A DNA stretch of 63,318 bases, counting the filler, from Rhabdomonas costata (lineage: Eukaryota), in the NCBI GenBank assembly GCA_019059605.1. It is 50 parts of 50 records of this genome, joined end to end, with 100 filler letters (N's around TTAATTAATTAA, not from the genome) between each part and the next. Parts side by side here need not be neighbours in the genome. Positions count along the whole stretch, not along the records: positions 11,419 to 12,587 come from JAHMHO010025247.1; positions 12,688 to 13,856 come from JAHMHO010025248.1; positions 13,957 to 15,125 come from JAHMHO010025249.1; positions 15,226 to 16,398 come from JAHMHO010025250.1; positions 16,499 to 17,667 come from JAHMHO010025251.1; positions 17,768 to 18,936 come from JAHMHO010025252.1; positions 19,037 to 20,204 come from JAHMHO010025253.1; positions 20,305 to 21,473 come from JAHMHO010025254.1; 42 more parts are not named here. One strand, written 5' to 3'. Under the pieces are notes generated by a model. It saw only the letters and a program-made list of their open reading frames with translations. It did no database searches and was not told where the DNA came from. Made by a program: the position numbers and the translations under genes. Below are positions 11,558 through 24,842 of the stretch, piece by piece. Within the stretch, counting starts at the first letter, position 1; every line of letters begins with the position of its first letter.

Positions 11558-11918
11558 CAGTGCACGGCGTCTTCACCCATGCAGGAAGGGTCAACCGGCA
11601 CGCCCACGGGTTGTCACCCAGCTCCAGGCTGAGGTTGTTTCTAGCGAACACCCCCGCCGTGTCATTCCTCACCACAAGCCCACTCAGCTGGTTCCCTGCC
11701 AGGCTCAGCACCGTCAGGTTCGGCGGAAGCCCAGACAGCACCACGGTGCCGTTGAAGTGGTTCCCGCTGAGGTTCACCGTCACTGCCGCGAAGGGCAGTG
11801 CGGTGAGGTTAGGGGTGCCCGTGAAGGCGTTCGCCGCCATTGACAACCTGCGCAGACCCCCCGGGGCATGGCTGAGGTCCACGGTGCCCGTGAAGCGGCA
11901 GCCCTGCAGCGTTAGCTC
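11558..11918 (-). CDS. Leucine-rich-repeat surface-type protein, one exon
   Basis: Repeats LxLxxNxFxGxxxLxxLP ending in a GDNPWAC LRR C-cap. CAG acceptor and GTATGC donor. Confidence 0.85.
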
Positions 11919-14143
11919 CTGTGAAACGTAAGATGCAGTCCGTGTCTGGTGAGATTCTACACACTGCAACCTCGATCAGGGTTAAAGGGCCAAGAAACGG
12001 AGAGAGACCACATTTGTTGTCTGTATCCAGAGTTGAATTGGGGGCTAAGCCCGAACCTGTACAACAACCTCGGGGCTGGCTTCTCGGTGGAGGGCAGCAT
12101 GTGCTAACTTCCACACCACATGTTTGCTGCGTCGTCGGGTGGGTCTGTGTTGCGTTCTAGATGTTTTAGATATGCGCTGTCGTTTTTGTAGATATTGGTG
12201 TCGCCTGTCGGTTCACTCGACCTCTCCGTCGCCCTTGATGGTCTCCTTCCATTCTATGCCCGCCTCCTGCCTTCGATGTTGTTCTACCACCCATTTCTTT
12301 TCTTTTGGCCCTCTCCCGTCCTTGAGTCCGTTGCCTTCCCGCGCTCCTCATGCGGTGCTTCTTCTTTCTTCACGAGAGCTCCGCTGTGTCCCTCTTCCCT
12401 TCCCTCCCAGTTCGCTGCTGCCCAGCCCCTTTGCTCTCGGTCCCCTTGTTGTCTTTCTTCAATCTTTGCCAGTCCCCTTTCCATCTTTTCTGCATTGTAC
12501 TGTGCATAGTGCCTTTTTATACTGCGCAAGTGATGGAAACCTGTGGTTACACTTTTTCCCCCCACAACCCCACCCACACCCACCACANNNNNNNNNNNNN
12601 NNNNNNNNNNNNNNNNNNNNNNNNNNNNNNNTTAATTAATTAANNNNNNNNNNNNNNNNNNNNNNNNNNNNNNNNNNNNNNNNNNNNGGGTGTGTGGGTG
12701 AAACGAACATAGGTGTGATTCAAAGGACTCCCACGAACTGCTTATCCATTGGTCGCTGAAGAGTGAACGCCATCGGGATAGGGGCTATCAGGAGTACCAC
12801 GAGTTCGAGTGCCCGCTTCCCTCCCCACCGCCCATGCGACAGGTGACGATTCCGGCGATGCTCATGGCGGGGGTGCACGTGATTGACCCAGAAGACCTGA
12901 GCCGGTATAACCGGCAGCGCCCCGTGAGCTGTGACATTCACCTCACTGGAGTGCCTCAGCAGAACGTGGCCTGGCTGGCCCTTACGGCAGTAGTGCGCGG
13001 ATGTCTAGGGAGCCCTGCTGTTACTATGGAAGCAAAGCCTCCATGATGGCGCGTATGGTCGAAGTTCGATCGAAGTTCACGGCGATGGCTGAAATGCCTG
13101 GCTGAAGACCGGCATTGATGCTGCTGCTTTTATGAGAAGTGTTAACTTTGAATGCAACATCTGTGGATGGGATTGACTGTTGGTGCCTCTGACAGAATTG
13201 CGCCCCACGTTCGGCATTGGGGGACGCTTATTCCACCCCACCCACCAGTGACGGCTGGGATTTTGCCATTGGAACGCTTGCAGCGATGCTTCGCTTGCCT
13301 CTGGTTTCAGATAACCTTTTTTTCCATCCAAAGGGATTTGATTTGCTGTGAAGAAGTTACTCCACGCTTTTTTGGTGCCTTCAGTACCTTCCATGTATGG
13401 CGACACTAAAAAAGTAAGTTCTTTTTTGGCATGTCCCAGGGTTTTGGGGGTTTTGCGCTGCGCAAGAAAACGATCTTTTGCAACAGGAAGGCGGAGTTAA
13501 CCCGCCGGAAAAGAAGCAAATGTTTATAGTTCAGTGTCCCAGCACCAATGATATGCCACACTCATTTAGCCTCCAGCAAGTCCATACCTTTTTTGTTTGC
13601 AGACAACAAAAGACGACCACCACCTCAAATAAAAGCAACCAGGAACATAAACCACACACCAGTGATTAAATTCTGTTTATGAAAAGACAGTAAAAATTCG
13701 TGAAATAATTGGAGTTTCGGGTTTGAGATTATTTGTACTTCTGCTTTTGGCCTCATTTTGCTCCAAATAAATCCCTGTATGATTCCCTTCCTTTCTTCAA
13801 ATCAGGTGGCCGGCAAGGACATTGAAAAGAGGCCAAAAGCAGAAGCACAAACAACCNNNNNNNNNNNNNNNNNNNNNNNNNNNNNNNNNNNNNNNNNNNN
13901 TTAATTAATTAANNNNNNNNNNNNNNNNNNNNNNNNNNNNNNNNNNNNNNNNNNNNGTGTTTTTGTGACTTGAGGGTACCCTATCGCCCATGCTATAGTC
14001 TCCATAATCTGTGCTGGGTGATGAGAGAAGGGACATTTTTTGCATCCACAGTGCATCCATCTAATGGGATTTTGTGGACATCCAGAAAAAAGCAACCACC
14101 GTTAGGAACATAGAGAAACCAATGGCTTGAAGATGCAGCATAC

Positions 14144-14274
14144 CGGTAAAAGCAGCGGCCGTCATACAACCCGGCTTTCACGCAGTTAACAATGTACTCC
14201 ACCGTTTTGGGGGCGGAGTCTGGGCGTAGTTTCAGCACAATGTTGCCCAGTTCGGTCTCAATGGTCAAGCTCAT
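14144..14274 (-). CDS. Cyclophilin-type peptidyl-prolyl isomerase, first exon
   Basis: MSLTIETELGNIVLKLRPDSAPKTVEYIVNCVKAGLYDGRCFYR fits the cyclophilin N-terminus. GTATGC donor. Confidence 0.88.
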
Positions 14275-15269
14275 TTTTTTTTGCTTAACAGAGTAGAAAG
14301 CAGATCACCAATATAAAGAGGACTTGCAGCAATGTTAAAATCAAAACGTTCCAGAGAAAATTGTGCTCTGATCCCGGCCAGGTTTAGCGGGGGGGGGTGT
14401 GCCACCATTGACTGCATTTCTTGGTATTGCTTTGCAGGCTGGTGAACGGGTAAACAGACAGTAAGAAAGGGAGAAATGCCCAAAGCAGATTAAAACGATT
14501 TCAAACCAAAATGCAGTAATATGCCTGCACAACATTTGAAATATTGCTCCACAATCCTATTTGGGCTGATTGCCGATGTATAACTTTGCAGTACTTGGGA
14601 TGTCGATGCATGCTGCGTGAGCAGCGTCGACAGATCAAGGGTTTGCAGCCCCCCAGGAAATGCTCGGATCGGACAAATCTGAAAGTGCCGATCTCAAGGC
14701 GGTTGCACGTTCCCGGAAGTGAACCCATCTCTCCCCAAAAGGTCTTGGGCCATCCTTCATGGAAACACCACTCAGAAAGGAACAGGAGCCGTAAGACCAA
14801 CGCTTCGGTAGTTGCGGGAAAGTAAAGTGCATATGCATCTAGCTGGCGGCATGGTAGAGAATACACGTGAGGGAGAGTGGGATGACTAGAGCATAGCGCT
14901 ATGAGAACAGAAAGCCCTCGGTTCGGTCAATCCGGCGACATCCTTTCAGACCACTACCTGCCCAAAAAGTCTTCGTAATGCCCCGAAAATGCAACCTGTC
15001 TTCCCCCTGGAATGTGCAAAGGCATGAGAGAAAGAGAGAGAAAAGCAAGCGTGGGAAGGTGCTGGGGGTTTCCAACACAGAGAATGAGCTGACAGACGAT
15101 TCTCTGTGTTGGAAACCCCCACCCCNNNNNNNNNNNNNNNNNNNNNNNNNNNNNNNNNNNNNNNNNNNNTTAATTAATTAANNNNNNNNNNNNNNNNNNN
15201 NNNNNNNNNNNNNNNNNNNNNNNNNGTGGTGGGTGTGTTTGGTTGGTTTGTGCATTGCGCTTGAACATG

Positions 15270-15340
15270 TGTGTTGTGTTGTGTTGTGTTGTGTTGTGTT
15301 GTGTTGTGTTGTGTTGTGTTGTGTTGTGTGTTGTGTTGTG
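15270..15340 (+). repeat. (GTGTT)n microsatellite
   Basis: Direct pentanucleotide tandem array. Confidence 0.95.
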
Positions 15341-15502
15341 TCGTGTTTCAGAGCACACTGCTCCCGCAGCCGGCAATTTCAGAAGAAGCAAAAAACCAAA
15401 GTTCTGGCAAAGTTTCAGGCGGTTGGAGGATAACATTACCCCACCAAAAATTTAGAAAAAGATGAACGCAGCAGTCGGTGCAAAAAGAAAGCGTTGGCTT
15501 AC

Positions 15503-16099
15503 CCGTGGGCCGGCCTGCGGGCCGTCCGAGCTCCAAGGGGCGCCCCCTTCCCGCCACGAGGTGCGGCGGGGCAGCCAGGCCTTCCTCCGCACCGCCACCT
15601 GCAAGCCCAACAAAAAAACGAACAGTGGAAGAACCCGCTGGGTGTCCAAGCGAGCGCGCGCCCGGTCGGTCTGTCTCTTTGGGCGGGTGCTTCTGGGTGC
15701 CATAGGGCTTCATGGGAAAGGGATCACAGGGGAAAATGGAATGGCTCAACCCAACCAATGGACGCCAATACCGGTTTTCTTTCGAACACGGCAGAGGGAC
15801 TCACCGCGCTGCAATGCCGTTGTGCAGAAGGTGTGAAGAAAGTTGTGAAGAAGCAATGCTTCGGATACTTAGGGTTGCAATGCTTTCAAGGGGTGTTGTA
15901 AAATAGGGTGCGTCGATTGTGTTCTTATGGAAGGCTGCAAACACCACTAGCTAAGTTATCCATTCGTTCCAAGCACAAAGCTGACACAAGAGCACACGCA
16001 CACAGGGCGTGCCTGAGCCGTTGCCCGACCGCCAGTTTCCTCGGGCGTACCCGCGGCCTCGGCCCCCTCGGAAGGCCGTGGACCCCCGGTTGCGGTCGT
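15503..16099 (-). CDS. Gly/Arg-rich (RGG) protein; exons 16099-16013 and 15598-15503
   Basis: DRNRGSTAFRGGRGRGYARGNWRSGNGSG-GGAEEGLAAPP...; phase-1 junctions agree across a GC-AG intron. No family recognised. Confidence 0.55.
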
Positions 16100-16949
16100 C
16101 TGAGAGGAACAATCCGAAGAGACCCCTTCGACATTCTGTCCTTGCCGCGGTCACAGTCAACGCGTAGAACAGGTCTTGAGCGTGTGAGTCCGGAAGGGAG
16201 CGTATGCCAGTGTTCAAAGGAAGACGGAAGTATGACCGAAGCCTTCACGAAATGTATAGTTCCTTCTTTTGTTCTGGACGAAACCGTTCTGCACAATGAG
16301 ACTTCGGCGACTTTGCGCCAACCATCTCTCTTTGATACAGGAGGGAGAAACGAACACTCAGTCATCCAATGAGTGACGCTTCCTTCACCAAAAACAACNN
16401 NNNNNNNNNNNNNNNNNNNNNNNNNNNNNNNNNNNNNNNNNNTTAATTAATTAANNNNNNNNNNNNNNNNNNNNNNNNNNNNNNNNNNNNNNNNNNNNGG
16501 GGTGGGGGTAGGTAGTGGTCGTGGAGGCTCAGTAACGACAGGTTGCAAGGGTGCTGATTCAGTTAGTGAGGACACTGGTTGCGCGTTAGGTACGTGATGG
16601 TACCTGGCAGGCTACTCAGGAGGTTCGTCTGGAACCGGTGGTGTTGTTAGAGACAAGGGTCTTGCAGAACTCAGGGGCGTTTGGTTGCGTACTTCACGTG
16701 CAAAGTCAAAGGGGTCTTTGTCTAAGTAGTCGTTATCTGGTAACTGAGTGGCTGAACGCTCCCTCACTGAATGGGTTTGCTCACTGACAGACGGCTCATG
16801 GTGAGTTGTTGCTGAGTTGGTGGAATCCGAGGCTTGCCCACTGTTAGGTTCAAGAATGCCTGTCCCATTCGTTGTTCTACTTGATGGGGTCCAGTAGATC
16901 TACCATTTGATCATCGGTTGGAGGCTGCGGCGGCGGTCCAGGTTGAAAA

Positions 16950-17654
16950 GGACTGCCGTAGGCTTCATCTTCTTCGTCGTCTTCCGGTATAAAACCAACA
17001 GGGTCCATGATCCGTGCCTGGTAGGGAATGAGTTGGCTGGTGTGGAAGACAGGAGTCTCGGTTTCGAGACGCATGGACGTGCGACTCATTACCTTTTCAA
17101 TCGGAAACGGTCCGACTGCTCTCGGTGACAATGGTGAACGGTGGCCCATGTAGGCTCGCTGATGTTTGGTCTGGTTGACCAGTACCAGATCGCCTACGCG
17201 GAACTCGTAGTCACGTCTTTTTCGGTTGGCTTGAGTTACCATGCTTTCTTGGTTCTTTTCAAAGGATGCCTGAATGTCCTTCCAGCCTTGCTTTCACCGC
17301 CTGTATGCGTAGAACTGCTCCGGGTCGGTAGCATCTGGTACATCACCAAATAGAACATCGTGGAATCAGTAGTTTAGTTAGTAGTAGGGACTAAACTCCG
17401 TGTTCGCAATTGGAGCGTTTTTGATGGCCATTTCTGCCAAACGATATGTGATAAATCCAGGAAACGGTATGTCTTTGGATCTGTAGTATTCGGAGGACCT
17501 GCTTTAGTTTCTGATTAGTCCGTTCAGATTTTCCGTTAGTCTGTGGATGGTGCTCTGCCTTACTTAGTTGGCACTGGTGGCAGGTTTTGACATACTCACG
17601 GACGCGTCGCTTGATGTGGGGAAAGGCGTAGCGACGCGTCCGTGAGTATGTCAA
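16950..17654 (-). mobile_element. Degenerate Ty3/Gypsy LTR-retrotransposon integrase
   Basis: VREYVKTCHQCQ (zinc finger), HPQTNGKSERTNQ (catalytic E region) and FRVGDLVLV...GPFPIEKV...PVFHTSQLIPY (GPY/F region), broken by deletion and frameshift. Confidence 0.9.
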
Positions 17655-19391
17655 AACCTGCCACCCCNNNNNNNNNNNNNNNNNNNNNNNNNNNNNNNNN
17701 NNNNNNNNNNNTTAATTAATTAANNNNNNNNNNNNNNNNNNNNNNNNNNNNNNNNNNNNNNNNNNNNGTTTTTTTGTCAGCTCCTCGCCGTTGTTTGCCG
17801 ATTCCACCGACGCTGGCCCTCATCGCTGGGTGCTGCATGATTCTATGCTAAATAACCAACGAACTTCGTTGGCATTTCATGCTGAAATGCTCAAGCGGGG
17901 TACTGGGTTATGCTACTTTTTATCAGCAACGAGTCCAACACGCATTTGTCTGTATCTCCAATAAGTGCCACTCCGGGAGGTTTCCAGAAAGGCGGTGCGA
18001 GGTTCTGATGCGGTTCCGGGAAAAATGTGTGATGGTAACGGAGGGTATTCCCGTTTGCTGGTGATAAAAAAGGCCCAGCTGCTTCTGAAGCTTCGGCTGC
18101 AGTGCTGCGCCGCGGAGGAGGCCAATGCCCGGCTGGCCCTGCATGACCGCGCCGAGACCCGCCTGGTCAGCTTACTGCAAAGAATGTGGTAACTCCGACG
18201 CATGCACACACATGCATACGCGCATTGCGTTTTGTGTTGTTCAGCGGTGACAAGGTAAAAAAAAGGTTGGTTTCTGTGTTGCGATGATTGATGTGAGTGG
18301 TCCAATCCGATACCCCCGAAAGGATTTCAGCTTTAAACTGTGTACATTGATTGTTCTCGGAAAGGCACATCCGCGGGTCATTGATGCGACGGCCGCAGTC
18401 CTTCCGCGGGATTCCCGTTTGCTGTGTTTATCCCTGCCTTCTTTACTTCTTCGTTCCCATTGCACACGGAGGCAGCGGGGTCTCACATAAGGCCTGTTCC
18501 GTCCCGAATCATCGTCCCCTTTTGTGCTTCACTTAGGCTGGAGGTCCCGAAACGGGCTCTACAGGGCCCCTCATCCACACAGCGAGCCGAGTCTGCTTCT
18601 TCTGCCGAAAGCCGAGATCTTATAGGCCCTGTTGAGGTTTTCCGCGACTCTTGCCTAATCCAAAAATCATCCTTAACTTTTTCCCAAGGGGCTCCGAATG
18701 ACCCCTGAATACCGGACTCGCTACCGAAGCATGGAAAGACGTCAGACAAGGGCAATGGAAGGAGGGCGATCGATTCAATCATAAATGCTGCGAAAGTCGC
18801 CAACACAATCAATAATAGATCCGCGGCGCGTGATACCTTCTGTCTTCAAATGCCAAATGCGGTGGAGTACGTGCAAAGACAAAAGGCAGGGAAGCACTGC
18901 AAATCCCTTCCCTCCCCCTTCCCTTCACCACACCGCNNNNNNNNNNNNNNNNNNNNNNNNNNNNNNNNNNNNNNNNNNNNTTAATTAATTAANNNNNNNN
19001 NNNNNNNNNNNNNNNNNNNNNNNNNNNNNNNNNNNNGTTTTTGTGGAACGGCGAAAAGATTGCGAAGAACTATATACTCTCTTCCTCCCAAGAACCAGAC
19101 TAAAGGTAAGAATGGGTATATTATGCACACAGAAGAGCTTGCAGACATCCGATCCTGCAACCCACCCTGAACCACACCCAGAACTGATCCTGCTAACGGT
19201 TAATGTATACAGCGGCCTGCACACGAGCAGGCAACCCAGTGGCAGAAAAAGGAGGTCGTCGTCGTTAGGGGCGTCAGAAGGAGAAAGCCTTGCTAAACGC
19301 ACATTCGCCGAATTGTGTCACCCCCCTCCTCACCGCAAAAATTCCAATGAAAACCAAAGAAGTGGAAGGGTGTGCAGCAAGGATGTGCAAC

Positions 19392-20156
19392 CAGGTACTT
19401 CAGCTTGTTGAAGTGGAAGCCCTTAGTGTTCTCCAGGTGGTCCCGCATTCGTCCCGGGGTGCTGACAACAACATGGGGGCGCTTGCTGAGCACCAGGGCT
19501 TGCTCCCCAATCGCTGGACACCACCCAACAAACACCAACCATTCTAAATCCATTCTAAATCATCCGCACAGGGGATTCTTGGTCACTTTCTTTTTCTTTT
19601 GGCAAACCCTTAATACTGCAATGAGCCTTCTGTCGAAGGCGCCAATGATAACTGGTTCATTCATGCAAGAAAAAATCCACATGGACAAACAGACGTTCAT
19701 TTCTTTGAGCAAAGCAACATTCAAGCACCACAACCGCCCGAAGGTGAAATGTAAAAGGTTAGGAAACCCCAAGCATGCTTCTGCTTCTGCTAATACTGAT
19801 CGATAACAAGTGCTTCAAGCGCTGCAACCTATCAAAAAAAAACTACAAACCTTCCCCTCCCACGATGGCCACGCAGTTGACGCCGATGGGTCTTCCAAGT
19901 TGGTCGAAGTGCGCGGCGACCTGCGCGACGGGTGACATTGGGAAGCTAAGAATACTGGTCAATAAACCACCCAACCAACGAAGCGAACGCGCCAAGATAA
20001 AGTGCCAAAAAAAAATGAAATTGGAAGTGTCAGGCCGTGTTCGGGTGAAGGGGAAATCCGCACAGGCCTGCTTCGCCAGCTCCCGGGTCGGGCAAAGCAC
20101 CAGAGCCCTGAGATGGCTGCCCTTCTCCTCCAGGAGCCCTTGCAGGATGGGCAGTG
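19392..20156 (-). CDS. DDX47: DEAD-box RNA helicase RRP3/DDX47; exons 20156-20068, 19920-19851, 19513-19392
   Basis: [61 protein letters not shown] contains motifs Ia, GG and Ib plus the RRP3-typical DHLENTKGF. Confidence 0.9.
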
Positions 20157-20304
20157 CTGTGGAAGACGAAAGCAAAAATATCCCCCCCCCCCCAAAAAAA
20201 ACACNNNNNNNNNNNNNNNNNNNNNNNNNNNNNNNNNNNNNNNNNNNNTTAATTAATTAANNNNNNNNNNNNNNNNNNNNNNNNNNNNNNNNNNNNNNNN
20301 NNNN

Positions 20305-21473
20305 TTGTGGGCGGGCGCACCCTGCTGCGGCTGGGGGACACCGACGTGGACTATGACCCGAACTTCCGGTTCTACATCACAACGAAGCTACCCAACCCGC
20401 ACTACATGCCAGAGCTGCAAATTCGTGCAACAATCATCAACTTCACGGTGACCCCGAAGGGGCTGGAGGACCAGCTGCTGGTCGACGTGGTGCGGTTCGA
20501 GCGAGAAGAGCTGGAGAAGCAGAAGGACAAACTTGTGGTGCAGATCGCCGAGGGCAAAGCCCAGCTCAAGGCCACGGAGGACAAGATCCTCACCCTTCTG
20601 CAGAGCGCTTCCGGAAACATCCTGGACAACGAGGTCCTGATCAACACTCTGGCGCAGAGCAAGAAGACCAGCGGGGAGATTTCTGCGGACGTCGAGACCG
20701 CGGAGAAGACCAGCGCGGAGATCTCGACGGCGCGCGAGGGGTACCGCCCTGTAGCCATCCGAGGCAGCTTGATCTACACCGTGATTGCCAATGTTGGGGC
20801 GGTGGACCACATGTACCAGAACAGCCTGCAGTTCTTCAAGAAGCTGTTTGGGCAGACCATGGAGCGCACCCCCCGGGCGGATGAGCTGGAGCAGCGCATC
20901 TCCGCCCTGATCACGGCGATTACCGCGGACACCTACGCGACGATCTGCCGCGGGCTTTTCGAGAAGCACAAGCTGCTTTTCGCCGCGCTCATCGCGGTGG
21001 AGATCCTCCGCAACAACCGTACCATCACAGACGAGGAGTGGGGGTTCTTCCTGCGCGGGCCAGGCAGCTCCAAGCCCGACAGCTCCGAGCACCCACAGTG
21101 GCTCAGCGAGAGCCTGTGGGCGGACGTCCGGGCGCTGAGCAAGATGGAAGGGTTTGTCGGGTTGGATGTAGCGATGCAAAAGCACAACCGGCAGTGGAAG
21201 GACTGGTTCGAGGCGGACAACCCCCAGACCCTCCCCGTGCCTCCCGGGCTACCAGAGCTCAGCGAGTGGAGGAAGGCCCTACTTCTCAGAGTGCTCCGCG
21301 AGGAGAAGCTGCTGCTTCTTTTGCAGCAGCTGGTGGGGTACTACCTGGGCCCCTCCTTCGCGGAGAGCCCCCAGTTCGACCTGGAGGGGGGCTTCGCGGA
21401 TAGCTCCCCCACTACCCCGATCATCTTCGTGCTGAGCACGGGCTCGGACCCCACGGCGCTTTTACCCAAAACA
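20305..21473 (+). CDS. Axonemal dynein heavy chain (DNAH6-like inner arm), AAA5-AAA6 fragment
   Basis: Uninterrupted ~389 codons including FRFYITTKLPNPHYMPE..INFTVT..GLEDQLL, GNILDNEVLI, CRGLFEKHKLLF and PIIFVLSTGSDP. Confidence 0.97.
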
Positions 21474-22059
21474 NNNNNNNNNNNNNNNNNNNNNNNNNNN
21501 NNNNNNNNNNNNNNNNNTTAATTAATTAANNNNNNNNNNNNNNNNNNNNNNNNNNNNNNNNNNNNNNNNNNNNGTTGTTGTTTCGCCTGTTGCCTTCGTC
21601 GATTTCCTGCTGCCACCTCACTTAATGCCTCTTCTGGACCCTCCCCCGCAATCTATCCCGTTTGTACCCTTAGTGGCCATTCTCACAAAGGCGCCACTGT
21701 CCGGGTGTCGTCCCCGGCCATTGCCCTGCCGTGGGCTCCTCTCGGGGTTTCCTCGCGACTCCCTGCATTGGTGAGATTCCCCGGTCGTTGCCTTGTGGTG
21801 TGCTTGCCTTTCCCCGGAACATTGGTGGCGGACGTGCCTGTGTTTCGGCTGTTCTCCATCAGGATTACGCTTCGCTACCTTCCTGCAGCGTTTCCATGCG
21901 GTTGCGCTGAGCCCGCTTGGGCTGGACCTTTCAGAATCCGCAAGGCAAGGACCCGTACCCGGGGATATCTTCGGCGGTTGGTCCCTTACGCCCGTTGGCG
22001 CGTCTTTCTTGTGATGTTTCCCTCTTTACTCTTTGTGCACGTTGGAGCGCGGGGGCAAC

Positions 22060-22146
22060 CTCCTTGTCCTGAGCCTCGAACTTCTCGGCCTCCTTCACCA
22101 AACGGTCGATCTCCTCCTGTCCTAGGTTGTCCTTCGTGATCATAAT
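22060..22146 (-). CDS. Hsp70-like exon (substrate-binding domain/lid junction), divergent or pseudo-exon
   Basis: AG/GT-bounded 29 codons IMITKDNLGQEEIDRLVKEAEKFEAQDKE resemble the Hsp70 segment ITITNDKGRLSxEEIxRMVxEAEK. Confidence 0.7.
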
Positions 22147-24842
22147 CTGAGAAGCCACCCACCCAACTAAACACATATTAAAAAATCACACAGGTCTCGG
22201 AAATAGCTTTTTCACGCAACTGGTGTTCACTTAAAAGTCCACTGGGCACCAGATTTTTCCTTGCCGAAATCCACTGCCGAAATCCCCGTATCCATAGAGC
22301 ACACAGGCTCCTGTGGCCATTCCAAAGGCCCAGCTTCCCAGAATTCCTTACCGAATAGCTCATCATAGGAGGAAGTTCTGTCTTTGGGTTTTTTGTGGAG
22401 GCAGGGCTTTAAGAACAGGTTTTCTTCATAAAAACAAAAAGCGGTTTTTTTATTACAAACTTTTTCCTTTCCTGGATAGGGTAGACCGAGGTCAACAACG
22501 TCGAGTCATGTCTCACAAACAAGCCTCGCTGACCAGTGACCCGCTGACCGGTTGCATGACGCATACACCCAACCCCGCACCTCCTTGCTGACGCACCACC
22601 CGTGTGCGCTGCAAACTCCTGTCCTAGGTTGTCCTTCGTGATCATAATCTGAGAAGCCACCCACCCAACTAAACACATATTAAAAAATCACACAGGTCTC
22701 GGAAATAGCTTTTTCACGCAACTGGTGTTCACTTAAAAGTCCNNNNNNNNNNNNNNNNNNNNNNNNNNNNNNNNNNNNNNNNNNNNTTAATTAATTAANN
22801 NNNNNNNNNNNNNNNNNNNNNNNNNNNNNNNNNNNNNNNNNNGTTGGGGTTTCAGAAATTTTTCAAAACCCAAACTGCACTTCAATGTGCACGCATGCAA
22901 AAGCAAAAACGTTCCAATAAACCTTCACTAACACATGCAGTAAATTTGGCAGAGCAGCAAGCACGGCAAAGATAAACACCAAAGTTCTGCTTAGAAAGTT
23001 AAAACTCTTATCAGGAAGCGAGAGATTTGGTTAGTTCCTTACCAATACTGTTTTTGCCAACATTGTGATAAAGATAATTTTTTATTGCGATTATGAGTGC
23101 ATTAGAGAAATATTGAAAATACGTACCTCGTCGTTGTTCCAAAGCAGTGTTGGTTTCGTCGAACATGAATGACAGCTGAAGTTGCTTTTTCACGCGTTCT
23201 GGACCGTGTACTTTACACAGAACAATAGTGCTGTTGTCAATGGTCAATACTCTAGCAGAATGTAGAACGTGTCATTCTCGAACATGTGCATAGGGGTCAT
23301 CACTGGAAACTTGACGAGACGAATGATACATCAGAAACGAAGTTTTTTGTGAATTCAAACCAGATGTACTTGAAAATTCCAACAAACATGCAAACGTTAT
23401 TCACAAAGCTCAAACAAATTTAATGGTAAAAATCTGCAGCGCTAAAAACAAATGTTTTAAAACTAATAAATGACGAAATGTTAGACAATTTTTAACCACA
23501 CAAATCGATCGGGAATCATCAAATTATGCGGAAAAGAAAAAAAACGGTCAAAAAACTCGTCAAATACTTCGAAAAAGATCAAAATCACTAAAAGTTTATT
23601 GAACTGCAGGGACTGCGTTAAACTTTTCAGGTCACAAAAGTTTCAGCGACTGTGCCGTTGGAGGACCACGTGGGGGTCAAAAAATTCCGTCCAAGGGATC
23701 AAAAAAATCGACCTCACAAAAACGCAATTTTCGTAATCTACGCATTTTGCTGAGTCGAAATAACCCTGTTTCGAGTAAAACAATTCGCAGTCTACTTCGA
23801 GATACGCCCACACCATACTTTGACATGGAACCTGAACAACATGAAGGGATATATAAAGGGAAGCCGGGTCCTATATATACTGGCCCAAAATATAAAATTC
23901 GATTTCTCGAGCTATTCGGCGAATTTTTTGACGCGGTTTTTTTGTTCGACGCGCTGTCCAATAGTGAACAACCTCCAACTGTCAAAAAACGCTAAAAGAA
24001 AAACTTTTGCANNNNNNNNNNNNNNNNNNNNNNNNNNNNNNNNNNNNNNNNNNNNTTAATTAATTAANNNNNNNNNNNNNNNNNNNNNNNNNNNNNNNNN
24101 NNNNNNNNNNNCTCCACTCATTCATCTCTTCTAAAGCTGTAAACATCTCCATCATCCACTCCTCTAGAATACCAACCAAGTTCTTCCTCCTTATTCTCTG
24201 TACGACCTTTGTACTTGGACGATATCGACTCCACGGCTGCTATCGACCTTTTGGAGTTCTCTATCACCTTTGGAAAAGCCACATTTAACCATTGCATAAC
24301 TTCTTTACGAATTCTTTCCAACTCTGTGGCTGTCCGTCCGAAACACTCCATGCATCTGTCATAACGTTTTTAAGTGTGGGTTCGCACGAACGTCAGGAGG
24401 TGTGATCTGTAACTCTTACTAACAGACGGTTGCGACATTCTCAACTCTGGACTAAGCAATACTGGGGAGTACTTAAGCACTCAGTCAAGCCTCTCAAAAA
24501 GAAACTCGAAAGCACTCAGTAACTTAGAGCTCTCCACACAACCCACGCTGTGGATTCACCCCCCTCAAATCACCAACGCTGTGTAGCCTCACACCTCACC
24601 CACACACCCACGCACTCTCTCTCAGCTGTGGACACCACGGGCGCAGTACCGGGGTCTCTCTGTGGAAGTAGCTCGAGGGGAGGAACCTCAGGCGAGTTGT
24701 TCCTTGCTCCTGAGATGAAAAACAAAGGTACAAGCACACAGGAAAAAGCATCAAAAACTCGTCTCCTGCAATCTCTACTCCACTTACCCACTTGTGGATA
24801 ACCCAATCTAACCTCCTATGTGGATAACCCAATGACTACACT

